Shown in pieces: positions 17,701-26,750 of a DNA stretch of 63,112 nt. Where the stretch lies: NCBI GenBank assembly GCA_035507305.1, contig DATJOE010000017.1:1-63112 (forward strand), read 5' to 3'. The notes beneath the pieces were generated by a model. It was not told the DNA's origin. It worked only from the letters and a program-made list of their open reading frames with translations, and did not search any database. Position 1 is the stretch's first letter. Each line of letters starts with the position of its first letter. Origin of the DNA: Solirubrobacteraceae bacterium (GTDB lineage: Bacteria; Actinomycetota; Thermoleophilia; Solirubrobacterales; Solirubrobacteraceae). A program made the position numbers and the translations under genes.

Positions 17701-18609
17701 GTGCGGGCGGTTGCGCTGCACCGCGACGTCCTCGTTGTGACAAGCCAGCTGCTCCAGGCCCACTGCACGCTTGTGCGCGGGCCTGGCGATGCAGCGGACG
17801 TCGAGGTGCCGGGCGGGGGAGGGTTCGAGAGCGAGGGCTTGCTGGTGAGTACCCACGGGCCGGGCGAGACCGGCGCGGGCGGCGAGTCCTTCGCGATCGA
17901 TTCGCCTGTGCTGCCCGAGGAGCTTGAGTTGCTGCCCGCGCTCGTCGAGCAAGCCGGCTTTCCCAAGCCGCAAGGACTGCTGGCGACGCACGCCGACTGG
18001 GATCACGTGCTCGGGCCGCTGGCCTTCCCAGAGGCGACGCTTGGTTGCGCGGAGAGCACGGCTGAGCGGTTGCGCGCCGAGCCCGGCGCCGCGCAGCGCG
18101 AGCTACGCGACTTCGACGAAGAGCTCGTGATTGAGCGTCCGCGCCCGCTGGCGCTCGGCGGGGTGCAGGCGCTCCCAGTGCCGGGGCGGTGTGCGGTGGG
18201 CGCGGGCGAGCTGGAGCTGCATCCCGCGACGGGACACACCGGCGACGGCATGGCGATCTGGATTCCCTGGGCGCGGGTGCTTGTCAGTGGCGACTACGTC
18301 TCGGACGTCGAGCTCCCGGTGCTGCGCGCGGATGAGCCCTGGCTCCAGGCGACGGGGTACCCGCCGGGGAACGCGCTGGAGGAATACCTCGCGACGTTGG
18401 AGCGGCTGCGCCCGCTGGTGGCCGCCGCCGAGCACGTGGTGCCGGGCCACGGGGCGATCCTCGACCGCGAGCGCGCGCTCGGCGTGCTGGAGGAGGACCG
18501 CGTCTACCTTCAGGCGCTGCGCGAGCGCGGGGTCGAGGCCGAGCTGCCGCCGGGACGCCGCTCGAAGACCCAGCGCGAACTGCACGCTCAGAACGTTGCG
18601 CGGCTGTAG
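17701..18609 (+). CDS. Metallo-beta-lactamase-fold hydrolase
   Basis: THADWDH, GHT, SGD and VPGHG motifs; Gly-rich insert near the N-terminus. Confidence 0.85.
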   Translation: MRAVALHRDVLVVTSQLLQAHCTLVRGPGDAADVEVPGGGGFESEGLLVSTHGPGETGAGGESFAIDSPVLPEELELLPALVEQAGFPKPQGLLATHADWDHVLGPLAFPEATLGCAESTAERLRAEPGAAQRELRDFDEELVIERPRPLALGGVQALPVPGRCAVGAGELELHPATGHTGDGMAIWIPWARVLVSGDYVSDVELPVLRADEPWLQATGYPPGNALEEYLATLERLRPLVAAAEHVVPGHGAILDRERALGVLEEDRVYLQALRERGVEAELPPGRRSKTQRELHAQNVARL

Positions 18610-18655
18610 CGTCGCAGGCCCCGCGTAGCGCAGGCCCGCGGCCGTAGGTTTGGGC

Positions 18656-20488
18656 TCAGCCCTCGCTCTCGATCGCGCTGACGATCGTGGCGATCGGCGC
18701 GCCGGCCTGGATCGGCTCGCCCTCGGCAATCGGCAGCTCGGCGATCGTGCCTGCCTTGTGGGCGGTGATCTCGTTCTCCATCTTCATCGCCTCGATGATG
18801 CAGAGCAGCTGTCCCTCCTGCACGGTGTCGCCCTGCTTGACGAGCACCTTCCACATGTTGCCCTGAAGTGGGGAGGGGAGCACGTCGGCACCGCCGCCAC
18901 CGCCTGAGGACTTGCGCTCGGCGCGTTTCGGGGCCTTGCCACCGCCGGCCGTGGCGGGTGCAGCTCCGTTGCTTGCGACCGCGCCGCCGCCCGCGAAGGG
19001 CGGACCGACGACACGCACGTCAAAGCGCTTGCCGGAGACCTCGACGGAGTAGGTCTGCTCGACTTTGGGCTCCTCCTCGTCCTCGGCGGGCGGGGCCGCC
19101 TTCTCGAAGGCGAGCGTCTTCAACCACTGCTTGTCCTCGAGCAGCTCCTTGCACGTGCTCCCGCGTTTCCACTCCTCGGTCGCGAGCAGCGCCTTGTGGA
19201 AGGGGATCAGCGTCTTTAGCCCCTCGATCTCGTATTCGTCGAGCGCGCGCAGCATGCGCTGGGTCGCCTGCTCACGGTCGGCGTCCCAGACGATCAGCTT
19301 CGCGACCATCGGGTCGTACATGGGTGAGACTTCGCCATAGGCCTCGACGCCCGAGTCCACGCGCACGCCCGGGCCGCTCGGCTCGCGGTAGGCGCCGATC
19401 TTGCCGGGCGCGGGGGCGAAGTTCTTCGAGGCGTCCTCGGCGTTGATGCGGCACTCGATCGCGTGGCCGCGCAGCTCGATGTCCTCCTGTGCATAGGCGA
19501 GTTCCTCGCCTGCGGCGGCGCGGATGCCCTCCTTGACGATGTCGATCCCCGTGGTCATCTCTGTCACGCAGTGCTCGACTTGCACGCGCGTGTTCATCTC
19601 GAGGAAGAAGTACTCGGGCTCTCCGGACCCGTCCTGGTGGGTGGCGAACAGACCCTCGATCGTCCCCGCGCCCACGTAGTCCACGGCCTTCGCGGCGTCG
19701 ACGCCGATCTTGCCGATCCGCTCGCGGATCTGTGGGTCAACGACCCATTCGGGCGCGGGGGACTCCTCGATCACCTTCTGATGGCGGCGCTGGATCGAGC
19801 AGTCGCGCTCGCCGAGGTGGATCACGTTGCCGTGGCGGTCCGCGAGGACCTGCACCTCGACGTGACGGGGATCGTGCAGGTAGCGCTCGAGGTAAACGGT
19901 CGGGTCGGAGAAGAACTTCTCGCCTTCGCGACTTGAGCCCTCGAAAGCGCCCTGCAGCTCATCCGCGGAGAGCGCGACGCGAAAGCCCTTGCCTCCGCCT
20001 CCGCCCGCGGCCTTGACCGCGACGGGAAAGCCGATCTCGTCGTTCGCGATCCGCAGGGCATCCTCGACGGTGGCGACGGGCTCGGTGGTGCCAGGCACGA
20101 TCGGCACGCCCGCGGCCTTCATCAGCTCGCGGGCGCGGGTCTTGGACCCCATCGCCTCGATCGCGCTGGCGGGCGGCCCGATGAACACGATGCCCGCCGC
20201 CTCGCAGGCCGCCGCGAACGGCGCGTTCTCGGCGAGGAAGCCGTAGCCGGGGTGGACCGCTTCGGCGCCGGAGCGCTTAGCGACGTCGAGGATCTTCTCG
20301 ATGTGCAGGTAGTTCTCCGCCGCGGGGCCATCGCCGAGGTTGTAGGCCTCGTCGGCGCGTTTGACGTGCGGCGTGTCGCGGTCGAGCTCGGAGTAGACAG
20401 CCACGCTCGCGATACCCATCTCCTGTAGAGCGCGTGCGATGCGGACCGCGATCTCTCCGCGGTTGGCGATCAGGACCTTGCTGAACAT
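18656..20488 (-). CDS. bccA: Acetyl/propionyl-CoA carboxylase alpha subunit (biotin carboxylase + BCCP)
   Basis: IANRGEIA, HPGYGFLAEN, ERDCSIQRRHQK, EMNTRVQVEH and the EAMKM biotinylation motif. Confidence 0.95.
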   Translation of the reverse strand: MFSKVLIANRGEIAVRIARALQEMGIASVAVYSELDRDTPHVKRADEAYNLGDGPAAENYLHIEKILDVAKRSGAEAVHPGYGFLAENAPFAAACEAAGIVFIGPPASAIEAMGSKTRARELMKAAGVPIVPGTTEPVATVEDALRIANDEIGFPVAVKAAGGGGGKGFRVALSADELQGAFEGSSREGEKFFSDPTVYLERYLHDPRHVEVQVLADRHGNVIHLGERDCSIQRRHQKVIEESPAPEWVVDPQIRERIGKIGVDAAKAVDYVGAGTIEGLFATHQDGSGEPEYFFLEMNTRVQVEHCVTEMTTGIDIVKEGIRAAAGEELAYAQEDIELRGHAIECRINAEDASKNFAPAPGKIGAYREPSGPGVRVDSGVEAYGEVSPMYDPMVAKLIVWDADREQATQRMLRALDEYEIEGLKTLIPFHKALLATEEWKRGSTCKELLEDKQWLKTLAFEKAAPPAEDEEEPKVEQTYSVEVSGKRFDVRVVGPPFAGGGAVASNGAAPATAGGGKAPKRAERKSSGGGGGADVLPSPLQGNMWKVLVKQGDTVQEGQLLCIIEAMKMENEITAHKAGTIAELPIAEGEPIQAGAPIATIVSAIESEG

Positions 20489-20552
20489 CGGCGGCGGAAG
20501 CTTAGCGTTCCCTGCGCGCCCGGCTGGGGGCCGGGCGGTTCGGTGAGTCGGC

Positions 20553-21896
20553 TCAGGCGGCCTCGGCCGCGATCAGCCCCGCCCCTACGGTCTCATTCGT
20601 GTCCTGGTCGATCAGGATGAAGCTGCCGGTGCGGCGGTTGCTGGTGTAGGGGTCGAAAGCAAGCGGCGCGCTCGTGCGCAAGTGCACGCGGCCGATGTCG
20701 TTGAGCGCGAGCTCCTGGGCGGGCTGGGTGCGCTGCAGCGTGTGCACGTCCACGACGTCCTCGACTCGGTCGACGATCGCGCTGGCAAGGCGGGCGGTCT
20801 GCTTGAGCACGTAGCGCCCGCCGGGACGCAAGGGCCGGTCGCTCATCCAGCAGACGTCGGCGGCGAGCTCGCGCGCGACGGTCGCGGCCTCCTCGGGGCG
20901 GCAGATCAGCTCACCACGCGAGATGTCGAGCTCATCCTCCAGGCGCAAGGTGAGCGACATCGGCGCGACGGCCTCCTCGAGCTCACCGTCGTAGGTATCG
21001 ATCGCGGCTATCCGCGTGCGCCCACCCCCGGGGAGCACGGCGACCTCGTCGCCGCGGCGCAGCCCGCCGCTGGCGAGCTGGCCCGCGTAGCCGCGGTAAT
21101 CGGGGTCGGCGCCACCGCGGGCCGGAACCGCGCTAGATGCACCGGAACTAGGCAGTCCCGCTCCGTTGGCGCCCGCGCCCGGGCGGATCACCCACTGAAC
21201 CGGAAAGCGGGCTGGGCGGTCGAAGGGGTGGTCGTATGCGACATCGACCTGCTCGAGCAGCTCCAGCAGCGCGGGCCCGTCATACCAAGGCATATTCGTT
21301 GAGCGCTCGACCACGTTGTGGCCCTCCAGGGCGGAGATCGGCATAAACGTGATCTCAGGTGGGCGACGGCCCGTGACGGCGTCCAGCCCGTCGGCAAAGG
21401 AGGCGAACTCGGCGACCAGCTCGTCAAAACGCTCCTGGGAATGCTCAACGAGGTCCATCTTGTTGATCGCGACCAGGATGTGGGGGATGCCGAGCAGCGC
21501 GCTGATAAACGCGTGGCGCTTTGACTGCTCCGTGACGCCGCGGCGCGCATCGACGAGCACGACGGCGAGGTCGGCGGTCGAGGCGCCGGTGACCATGTTG
21601 CGCGTGTACTGCTGGTGGCCCGGGCAGTCGGCGATGATGAAGCGGCGCTTGGGCGTGGCGAAGTAGCGATAGGCGACGTCGATAGTGATCCCCTGCTCGC
21701 GCTCTGCCCGCAGCCCGTCGGTGAGCAGTGCGAGGTCGAGCGCCCCGGCTCCGCTGCGCCGCTCGCTCGCGGCGGCGACGTGCTCAAGCTGGTCCTCGAA
21801 GACCTGCTTTGAGTCGTAGAGCAGCCGCCCGATCAGCGTGCTCTTGCCGTCGTCCACCGCGCCGGCGGTGGTGAAGCGGAGCAGGTCGAGAGTCAT
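20553..21896 (-). CDS. cysN: Sulfate adenylyltransferase subunit 1 (GTPase), no APS-kinase domain
   Basis: GAVDDGKSTLIGRLL, EREQGITIDVAYRYF, NKMD and TGSFILID motifs. Confidence 0.96.
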   Translation of the reverse strand: MTLDLLRFTTAGAVDDGKSTLIGRLLYDSKQVFEDQLEHVAAASERRSGAGALDLALLTDGLRAEREQGITIDVAYRYFATPKRRFIIADCPGHQQYTRNMVTGASTADLAVVLVDARRGVTEQSKRHAFISALLGIPHILVAINKMDLVEHSQERFDELVAEFASFADGLDAVTGRRPPEITFMPISALEGHNVVERSTNMPWYDGPALLELLEQVDVAYDHPFDRPARFPVQWVIRPGAGANGAGLPSSGASSAVPARGGADPDYRGYAGQLASGGLRRGDEVAVLPGGGRTRIAAIDTYDGELEEAVAPMSLTLRLEDELDISRGELICRPEEAATVARELAADVCWMSDRPLRPGGRYVLKQTARLASAIVDRVEDVVDVHTLQRTQPAQELALNDIGRVHLRTSAPLAFDPYTSNRRTGSFILIDQDTNETVGAGLIAAEAA

Positions 21897-21936
21897 CGCC
21901 GGGATGCCGGCGCGGGCAAGGCCAAAGCGGGCTGCA

Positions 21937-22854
21937 CTAGAAGTAGCCTGCCTTCTTGCGGTCCTCCATCGCGGCCTCGGAGACGCGGTCGTCGGCCCGT
22001 GTCTCGCCCCGCTCGGTGATCCGGGTGGCGGCGATCTCGACGACGACTTCCTCGAGCGTGGTGGCCTTGGAGAGCACGCCGCCGGTGCAGCTCATGTCGC
22101 CGACGGTGCGGTAGCGGACGGTCTCGTTGAAGACCTCCTCGCCCTCGATCAGCTCGGTGCCCTCGCGCCAGGCGTAGAGCATCCCATCGCGTTTGAAGAC
22201 GGGCCGCTCGTGTGAGAAGTAGATCGAGGGGACCTCAAGGCCCTCGGAGTCGATGTACTCCCAAACGTCGAGCTCGGTCCAGTTGGAGATTGGAAAGACG
22301 CGGACGTTCTCGCCCTTTTTGATGCGGCCGTTGTAGAGGTTCCACAGCTCGGGCCGCTGGTTCTTGGGGTCCCACTGGCCGAAGTCGTCGCGGAAGGAGA
22401 ACACCCGCTCCTTGGCCCGCGCGCGCTCCTCATCGCGCCGCGCGCCGCCGAACGCGGCGTCGAAGCCATGCTCGGCGATCGCATCGAGCAGTGTGACGGT
22501 CTGCAGCTGGTTCCGTGAAGCGCGGGGACCGGTCTCCTCAACTACGCGGCCCTTGTCGATCGACTCCTGCACGCTCGCGACGATTAGCCGCTCGCCGAGC
22601 TCGGCGACGCGGCGGTCACGGAACTCGATCACCTCGGGGAAGTTGTGACCCGTGTCTACGTGCATCAGCGGGAAGGGGAATGGCGCGGGGCGGAACGCCT
22701 TCTCGGCGAGCCGCAGCAGCACGATCGAGTCCTTGCCGCCGCTGAACAGCAGCACGGGCCGCTCGAATTCGGCGGCGACCTCCCGCATCACGTGGATCGC
22801 CTCAGACTCGAGCGCGCGCAGGTGGCTCAGCTGTGGACGCGTCGCGACGGCCAT
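21937..22854 (-). CDS. cysD: Sulfate adenylyltransferase subunit 2
   Basis: LESEAIH, FSGGKDS, GGARRDEE, WDPKNQRPELW and MEDRKKAGYF; start at ATG 22854. Confidence 0.96.
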   Translation of the reverse strand: MAVATRPQLSHLRALESEAIHVMREVAAEFERPVLLFSGGKDSIVLLRLAEKAFRPAPFPFPLMHVDTGHNFPEVIEFRDRRVAELGERLIVASVQESIDKGRVVEETGPRASRNQLQTVTLLDAIAEHGFDAAFGGARRDEERARAKERVFSFRDDFGQWDPKNQRPELWNLYNGRIKKGENVRVFPISNWTELDVWEYIDSEGLEVPSIYFSHERPVFKRDGMLYAWREGTELIEGEEVFNETVRYRTVGDMSCTGGVLSKATTLEEVVVEIAATRITERGETRADDRVSEAAMEDRKKAGYF

Positions 22855-22855
22855 C

Positions 22856-23539
22856 TCAGGAGGCGGGATCGAACTCTTCGACGTGGAGACCGCACTCGGT
22901 CTTCGATGTCCCGGCCCAGCGGCCCTCGCGCCCGCTGCCGGGCTTCGTGCAGGGGGCGCAGCCGATCGACTCGTAGCCCTGGTCATGCAGCGGGTTGTAG
23001 GGCAGGTCGCGCTCGTGGATCCGCCGCCAGAGGTCCTTGTCGGTCCAGTGGGCGAGGGGGTTGTACTTCCACAGCCCGCGAGTCTTGTCGCGTTCGATCA
23101 GCTCGGTGTTCGCGCGCGTGGGGCCCTGCTCGCGCCGGATGCCGGTGATCCAGGCGTCGGCGCCGACGAGCGAGCGCTCGAGGGCGGCGACCTTCGCGAC
23201 CGAGCAGCAGTGCTCGGGGCCGCTCCAGGGCTCGCCGTCGCTGCTGGCGTCGAACACCTCGATCTGCACGCCGAAGCGCTCCTCGAAGGCACGCCAGGTC
23301 TGCATGGTCTCCTCGAACAGCACGCCGGTGTCGATCGTGAGGATCCGCACCGCGCGCCCGGTGCCCTGGTCGAGCCGCAAGAGCTCGTCCAATAGCACGG
23401 ACTCCTCCTTCTGGAAGGAGCACAGAAGCACCGCCTTCTCCCCGTGCCTGGCCGCCTCGCGCAGCGTGTGCGTGAGGCTGGGGGCCGGGTCGAACTGGGT
23501 GCTCTCCACCTGGGACATCGAACTATCTACCGCTGCCAT
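22856..23539 (-). CDS. cysH: APS/PAPS reductase, [4Fe-4S] APS-reductase type
   Basis: CCSVAK, WITGIRREQ, SIGCAPCT, REGRW and KTECGLH; carries the CC..CxxC cluster ligands. Confidence 0.92.
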   Translation of the reverse strand: MAAVDSSMSQVESTQFDPAPSLTHTLREAARHGEKAVLLCSFQKEESVLLDELLRLDQGTGRAVRILTIDTGVLFEETMQTWRAFEERFGVQIEVFDASSDGEPWSGPEHCCSVAKVAALERSLVGADAWITGIRREQGPTRANTELIERDKTRGLWKYNPLAHWTDKDLWRRIHERDLPYNPLHDQGYESIGCAPCTKPGSGREGRWAGTSKTECGLHVEEFDPAS

Positions 23540-23575
23540 CTGATCGGTCCTCTTGATCGTGTCTCATCGCCATCT

Positions 23576-25399
23576 CTATACCGCGCACTCGCCCTCGCCG
23601 CGAATCACTTCGAAGGGAACGTCACGGTTCCAGTCGATGAACTGATTCATCGTCTCCAGCCCGAAGTCGACGGGCATCGAGAGGTCCTTGACTAGGCCTT
23701 CCAGCTCGGGCATGCCGACGCGTTCGGCGAACGCCTTGAAGGCCTCGCCCTCCTGGCGCTCGGCTTCGTAGTGGCGGATCCAGCGCTCGACGGCCTCCGG
23801 CACGCGCTTGGCGGGCAAGCGCAGCTTCAGGCGCGTTCCGAACGCGACCTCGCCGCCTTCGTAGACGCCGCCGACGTGGGGGATGTAGGCGGGGATCGTG
23901 TGATCACCCACTTTGATCGACGCGCCATAGAAGCCGATGTCGGCGACGTGGTGCTGGGAGCAGCCGTTGGGGCAGCCGCTCATCTTGATGTGGATCTGGC
24001 GCGTGAGCTCGTCGTCGATGTTCATCGCGAGAATCCGCTCCTGCACCGCCTGGTTCAGGCCCATCGAGCTGGTGATCCCGAGCTTGCAGGAGTCGGTCCC
24101 GGGGCAGGAGACGACGTCGGCGACCTCGCGTGAGCCCGGCTCGCCGAGGCCCAGCTCCGAGAGGGCGCGCCACACGTCATACACGCACTCCTCGCGCACC
24201 CAGCGCAGCAGGAAGTTCTGCTGAACGGTCGTGCGCGCGTATCCGCCGGCGTAGTCGCGCATGATCTGCGCGAGGCCACGGAACTGCTCGGGAGTCAAGT
24301 CGCCGCGGGTGACTTTGGCCTCGACGGTGACATAGCCCTCCTGCTTCTGCTCTTGGACGTTCGTGGAGCGGAAGCGCTCGAACTCGGACAGGTCGCCGTT
24401 CGGGGAGCCGTAGGTCTGTGGGGGCGCCGGCGCGGACTCGCGCTCGTCGTCCAAGAACAGCGTGTGCTCGATAGAGAAGTCGCGTTCTGCGACCCAGTCG
24501 CCCTTGAGCTCCTCCTCGACCTGGTTGCGCAGCTCCTCGATCCCGTACTTGTCGACGAACACCTTGATCCGGGCGCGGGCACGGTTCACACGCAGCCACT
24601 CCTGGCGGTCGAAGATGCGAAAGACGGCCTCAGCGAGCTTTAGGTACTCGCCGTCGTCGAGCCCGACGAAGTCGTAAAGGGCGGGGGCGACGCGGGGCAT
24701 GATCGAGGTGCCGCCGCCGACGAGCATCTCGGCGCCGCGGACCTGCTTGCCGTCGATCTCCTTGACACGGGCGCGAAACGCGATGTCGTGGATGCCGCTG
24801 ATCGCGCGATCGCGCGGCGAGCCATCGAAGGAGGTCTTGATCTTTCGCGGCATCGCTTGCGTGGTGGGGTGACGCACGAAGTAGCGAACGTAGGCTCCGA
24901 CGTAGGGGGTCATGTCGAACAGCTCGTCCTTCGCGACGCCTGCCCAGGGGTCGCCGGTGACGTTGCGTACGGTGTTGCCGCAGCCCTCGCGGCTCGACAG
25001 CCCGGTCTCGCCGAGCTCGCGGATCGCGGGCTCCATTTCCGCGAGCGGGATGTGGTGGATCTGGATGTTCTGACGCGTCGTGATGTGACCCTTGTTCAGC
25101 GGCGCGTACTTCTCGACAACGCTCGCGAAGGAATCCATCTGCTCGGGTGTGACGCCGCCGAAGGGAAGCTTGACCCGCATCATGTTCACGTCGGGCTGGC
25201 GCTGGCCGTAGACGCCCTGCTTGAGGCGGAACTTGATGAACTCGTCTTCCTCGGTCTGGCCGTCGAGGAATTTGGTGGCTTCGGTCTTGAAGTCGTCGTA
25301 CTCCCGCTGCAGGATCGGGATGATGTGCCCGGGCACGTTCTGGAGCACCTCTGGGTCGTCCAGCGTGCCGCGCTGGGCGGGTACGGAAACTGGCTCCAT
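23576..25399 (-). CDS. sir: Ferredoxin-type sulfite reductase (siroheme, [4Fe-4S])
   Basis: GVYGQRQ, ITTRQNIQ, CGNTVRN, MPRKIK, SCPGTDSCKLG and SGCPNGCSQH; first gene of the cys operon. Confidence 0.9.
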   Translation of the reverse strand: MEPVSVPAQRGTLDDPEVLQNVPGHIIPILQREYDDFKTEATKFLDGQTEEDEFIKFRLKQGVYGQRQPDVNMMRVKLPFGGVTPEQMDSFASVVEKYAPLNKGHITTRQNIQIHHIPLAEMEPAIRELGETGLSSREGCGNTVRNVTGDPWAGVAKDELFDMTPYVGAYVRYFVRHPTTQAMPRKIKTSFDGSPRDRAISGIHDIAFRARVKEIDGKQVRGAEMLVGGGTSIMPRVAPALYDFVGLDDGEYLKLAEAVFRIFDRQEWLRVNRARARIKVFVDKYGIEELRNQVEEELKGDWVAERDFSIEHTLFLDDERESAPAPPQTYGSPNGDLSEFERFRSTNVQEQKQEGYVTVEAKVTRGDLTPEQFRGLAQIMRDYAGGYARTTVQQNFLLRWVREECVYDVWRALSELGLGEPGSREVADVVSCPGTDSCKLGITSSMGLNQAVQERILAMNIDDELTRQIHIKMSGCPNGCSQHHVADIGFYGASIKVGDHTIPAYIPHVGGVYEGGEVAFGTRLKLRLPAKRVPEAVERWIRHYEAERQEGEAFKAFAERVGMPELEGLVKDLSMPVDFGLETMNQFIDWNRDVPFEVIRGEGECAV

Positions 25400-25440
25400 C
25401 TGGCGAAGACCTCCTGGCCCTTCGTGTACGGGAAAGATTG

Positions 25441-25472
25441 AGCCTAAAGCCTAGCGACTTTTAGGTATTTAT
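25441..25472. promoter_or_regulatory. AT-rich dyad upstream of sir; candidate sulfur-regulon operator
   Basis: CCTAAA (25443-25448) pairs with TTTAGG (25460-25465), with a nested CCTA-N8-TAGG, about 45 bp upstream of the sir start. Confidence 0.4.
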
Positions 25473-25504
25473 TCAGGTCCGCCCGATGGCGGACCTCATC
25501 GAGA

Positions 25505-25717
25505 TCAAAGCCAGGGATCGGCGAGGTCTGCGGCTGTCTCTCGCTCGACGCCTTCGAGGATCGCCGCGCTTTGCCAAGGATCGATTTCGGGCGCGGGAGG
25601 CGCGAGGGTAGGAGTCGTGGCGCGCATGAAGCGCTCGAGCGCCGCAACGACCGCGGCGGCCTCCTCGGGCGAGGCGGAGGGGGCGATGAGCTGCAAGTGC
25701 GGGCGACGGTTCGGCAT
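25505..25717 (-). CDS. Acyl-CoA carboxylase epsilon-subunit-like small protein
   Basis: ASPEEAAAVVAAL..DPWQ pattern typical of AccE/PccE; ATG 25717 has CACAAT 6 nt upstream. Confidence 0.65.
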   Translation of the reverse strand: MPNRRPHLQLIAPSASPEEAAAVVAALERFMRATTPTLAPPAPEIDPWQSAAILEGVERETAADLADPWL

Positions 25718-25784
25718 AGCCCCATTGTGACGCAGCGTTTCCAGAGTGGCCTCCCGGGCGGCGGGGAGCGCTGCCCTGGCCCAC

Positions 25785-25805
25785 TGTTCGGAACACCGGT
25801 ACACT
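25785..25805 (+). promoter_or_regulatory. Candidate FadR-type operator (TGTTC-G-GAACA) next to a -10 box (TACACT)
   Basis: Palindrome at 25785-25795 resembles FadR TGGTCnGACCA sites. TACACT at 25800-25805 lies 7 nt before the regulator ATG. Confidence 0.45.
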
Positions 25806-25812
25806 GTGTCAG

Positions 25813-26496
25813 ATGGCCGAGCCTATCCCACGCCAGTCCGTCCCTGACCACGTCTTCGACCGCCTGCGCGAGGAGATCCTCACGGGCCGCTACCGCCCCG
25901 GCGATCGCCTTCCCTCCCAGCGGGCGCTAGCGGCGGACCTCGACGTGAACATGTCCACGATTCGCGAGGCGCTCGGGCGCCTGGAGCAGCTGCGTCTGGT
26001 CGAGGTGCGCCACGGCAACGCGACGCGCGTGCTGGACTGGCGCAAATCTGGTGGTCTCGAGTCGCTGGTGCTGCACGGCGGCGGCCCGGGCGAGCCGCTG
26101 TTCGTGGACTTGTTCGAGGCGCGTCGGCTGCTGCTCGTGGAGTCGGCTCGGCTCGCGGCCGAGCGGCGCAACGACGAGCAATCGGGCGCACTGCTGCGCC
26201 TCGCGAGCGCGGTGGCGCTGGGCGGCGATGCCGAGCGAGCGCTGCTCGCCGACTGGGAGTTCATGGCCGCGCTAGTGGAGGCCGCGGGCAATTTGGTCTT
26301 CCAACTGGTGATGAACTCGGTGCGTGAGCTGTACCTGCCCCGGGCTCAGGCGTTCGCGGCGCTGGTATCGGGGCTCGACGAGCTGGTTCCCCTGTATGTC
26401 CAGACGGCGCTTGCGGTCGCGGAGTGCGACGGCGAGGCCGCGGCCCGGGCGATCGCGCGCCTGACCGCCGCGCAAGAGGCGCGTCTCGCGGGATGA
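25813..26496 (+). CDS. GntR/FadR-family transcriptional regulator
   Basis: wHTH PGDRLPSQRALAADLDVNMSTIREAL..VRHGNAT; FCD-like C-terminus (EARRLL, AAGN). Confidence 0.9.
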   Translation: MAEPIPRQSVPDHVFDRLREEILTGRYRPGDRLPSQRALAADLDVNMSTIREALGRLEQLRLVEVRHGNATRVLDWRKSGGLESLVLHGGGPGEPLFVDLFEARRLLLVESARLAAERRNDEQSGALLRLASAVALGGDAERALLADWEFMAALVEAAGNLVFQLVMNSVRELYLPRAQAFAALVSGLDELVPLYVQTALAVAECDGEAAARAIARLTAAQEARLAG

Positions 26497-26750
26497 CGCG
26501 CGGGCTCGATACGTTCCTCGCCGCGGTTCCCTGGCCGGAGCGCGTAGGCCTGCGTGCCCTGCTTGTCTTGGCGCGCCGTCCGCGTGGCGCGAGGCTGCTC
26601 GCGCGCTCGCCGCTGCTCGCGCTGGCGCTCGACGCGACGTTGGCGCTCGGTCGCTACGACGAGCCCACCCTCGCCGCGCGCCTGGGTTGGGACGCTACGG
26701 CGGTCGCAGAGCGGGGGCGAGCACTGCGCCGCGCGGAGGGGCGACCGTGA
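26493..26750 (+). CDS. Small hypothetical protein, possible accessory subunit of the GMC oxidoreductase
   Basis: ATGA overlap upstream and GTGA overlap downstream; contains a GRYDEP..ARLGWD motif. Confidence 0.6.
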   Translation: MTRGLDTFLAAVPWPERVGLRALLVLARRPRGARLLARSPLLALALDATLALGRYDEPTLAARLGWDATAVAERGRALRRAEGRP

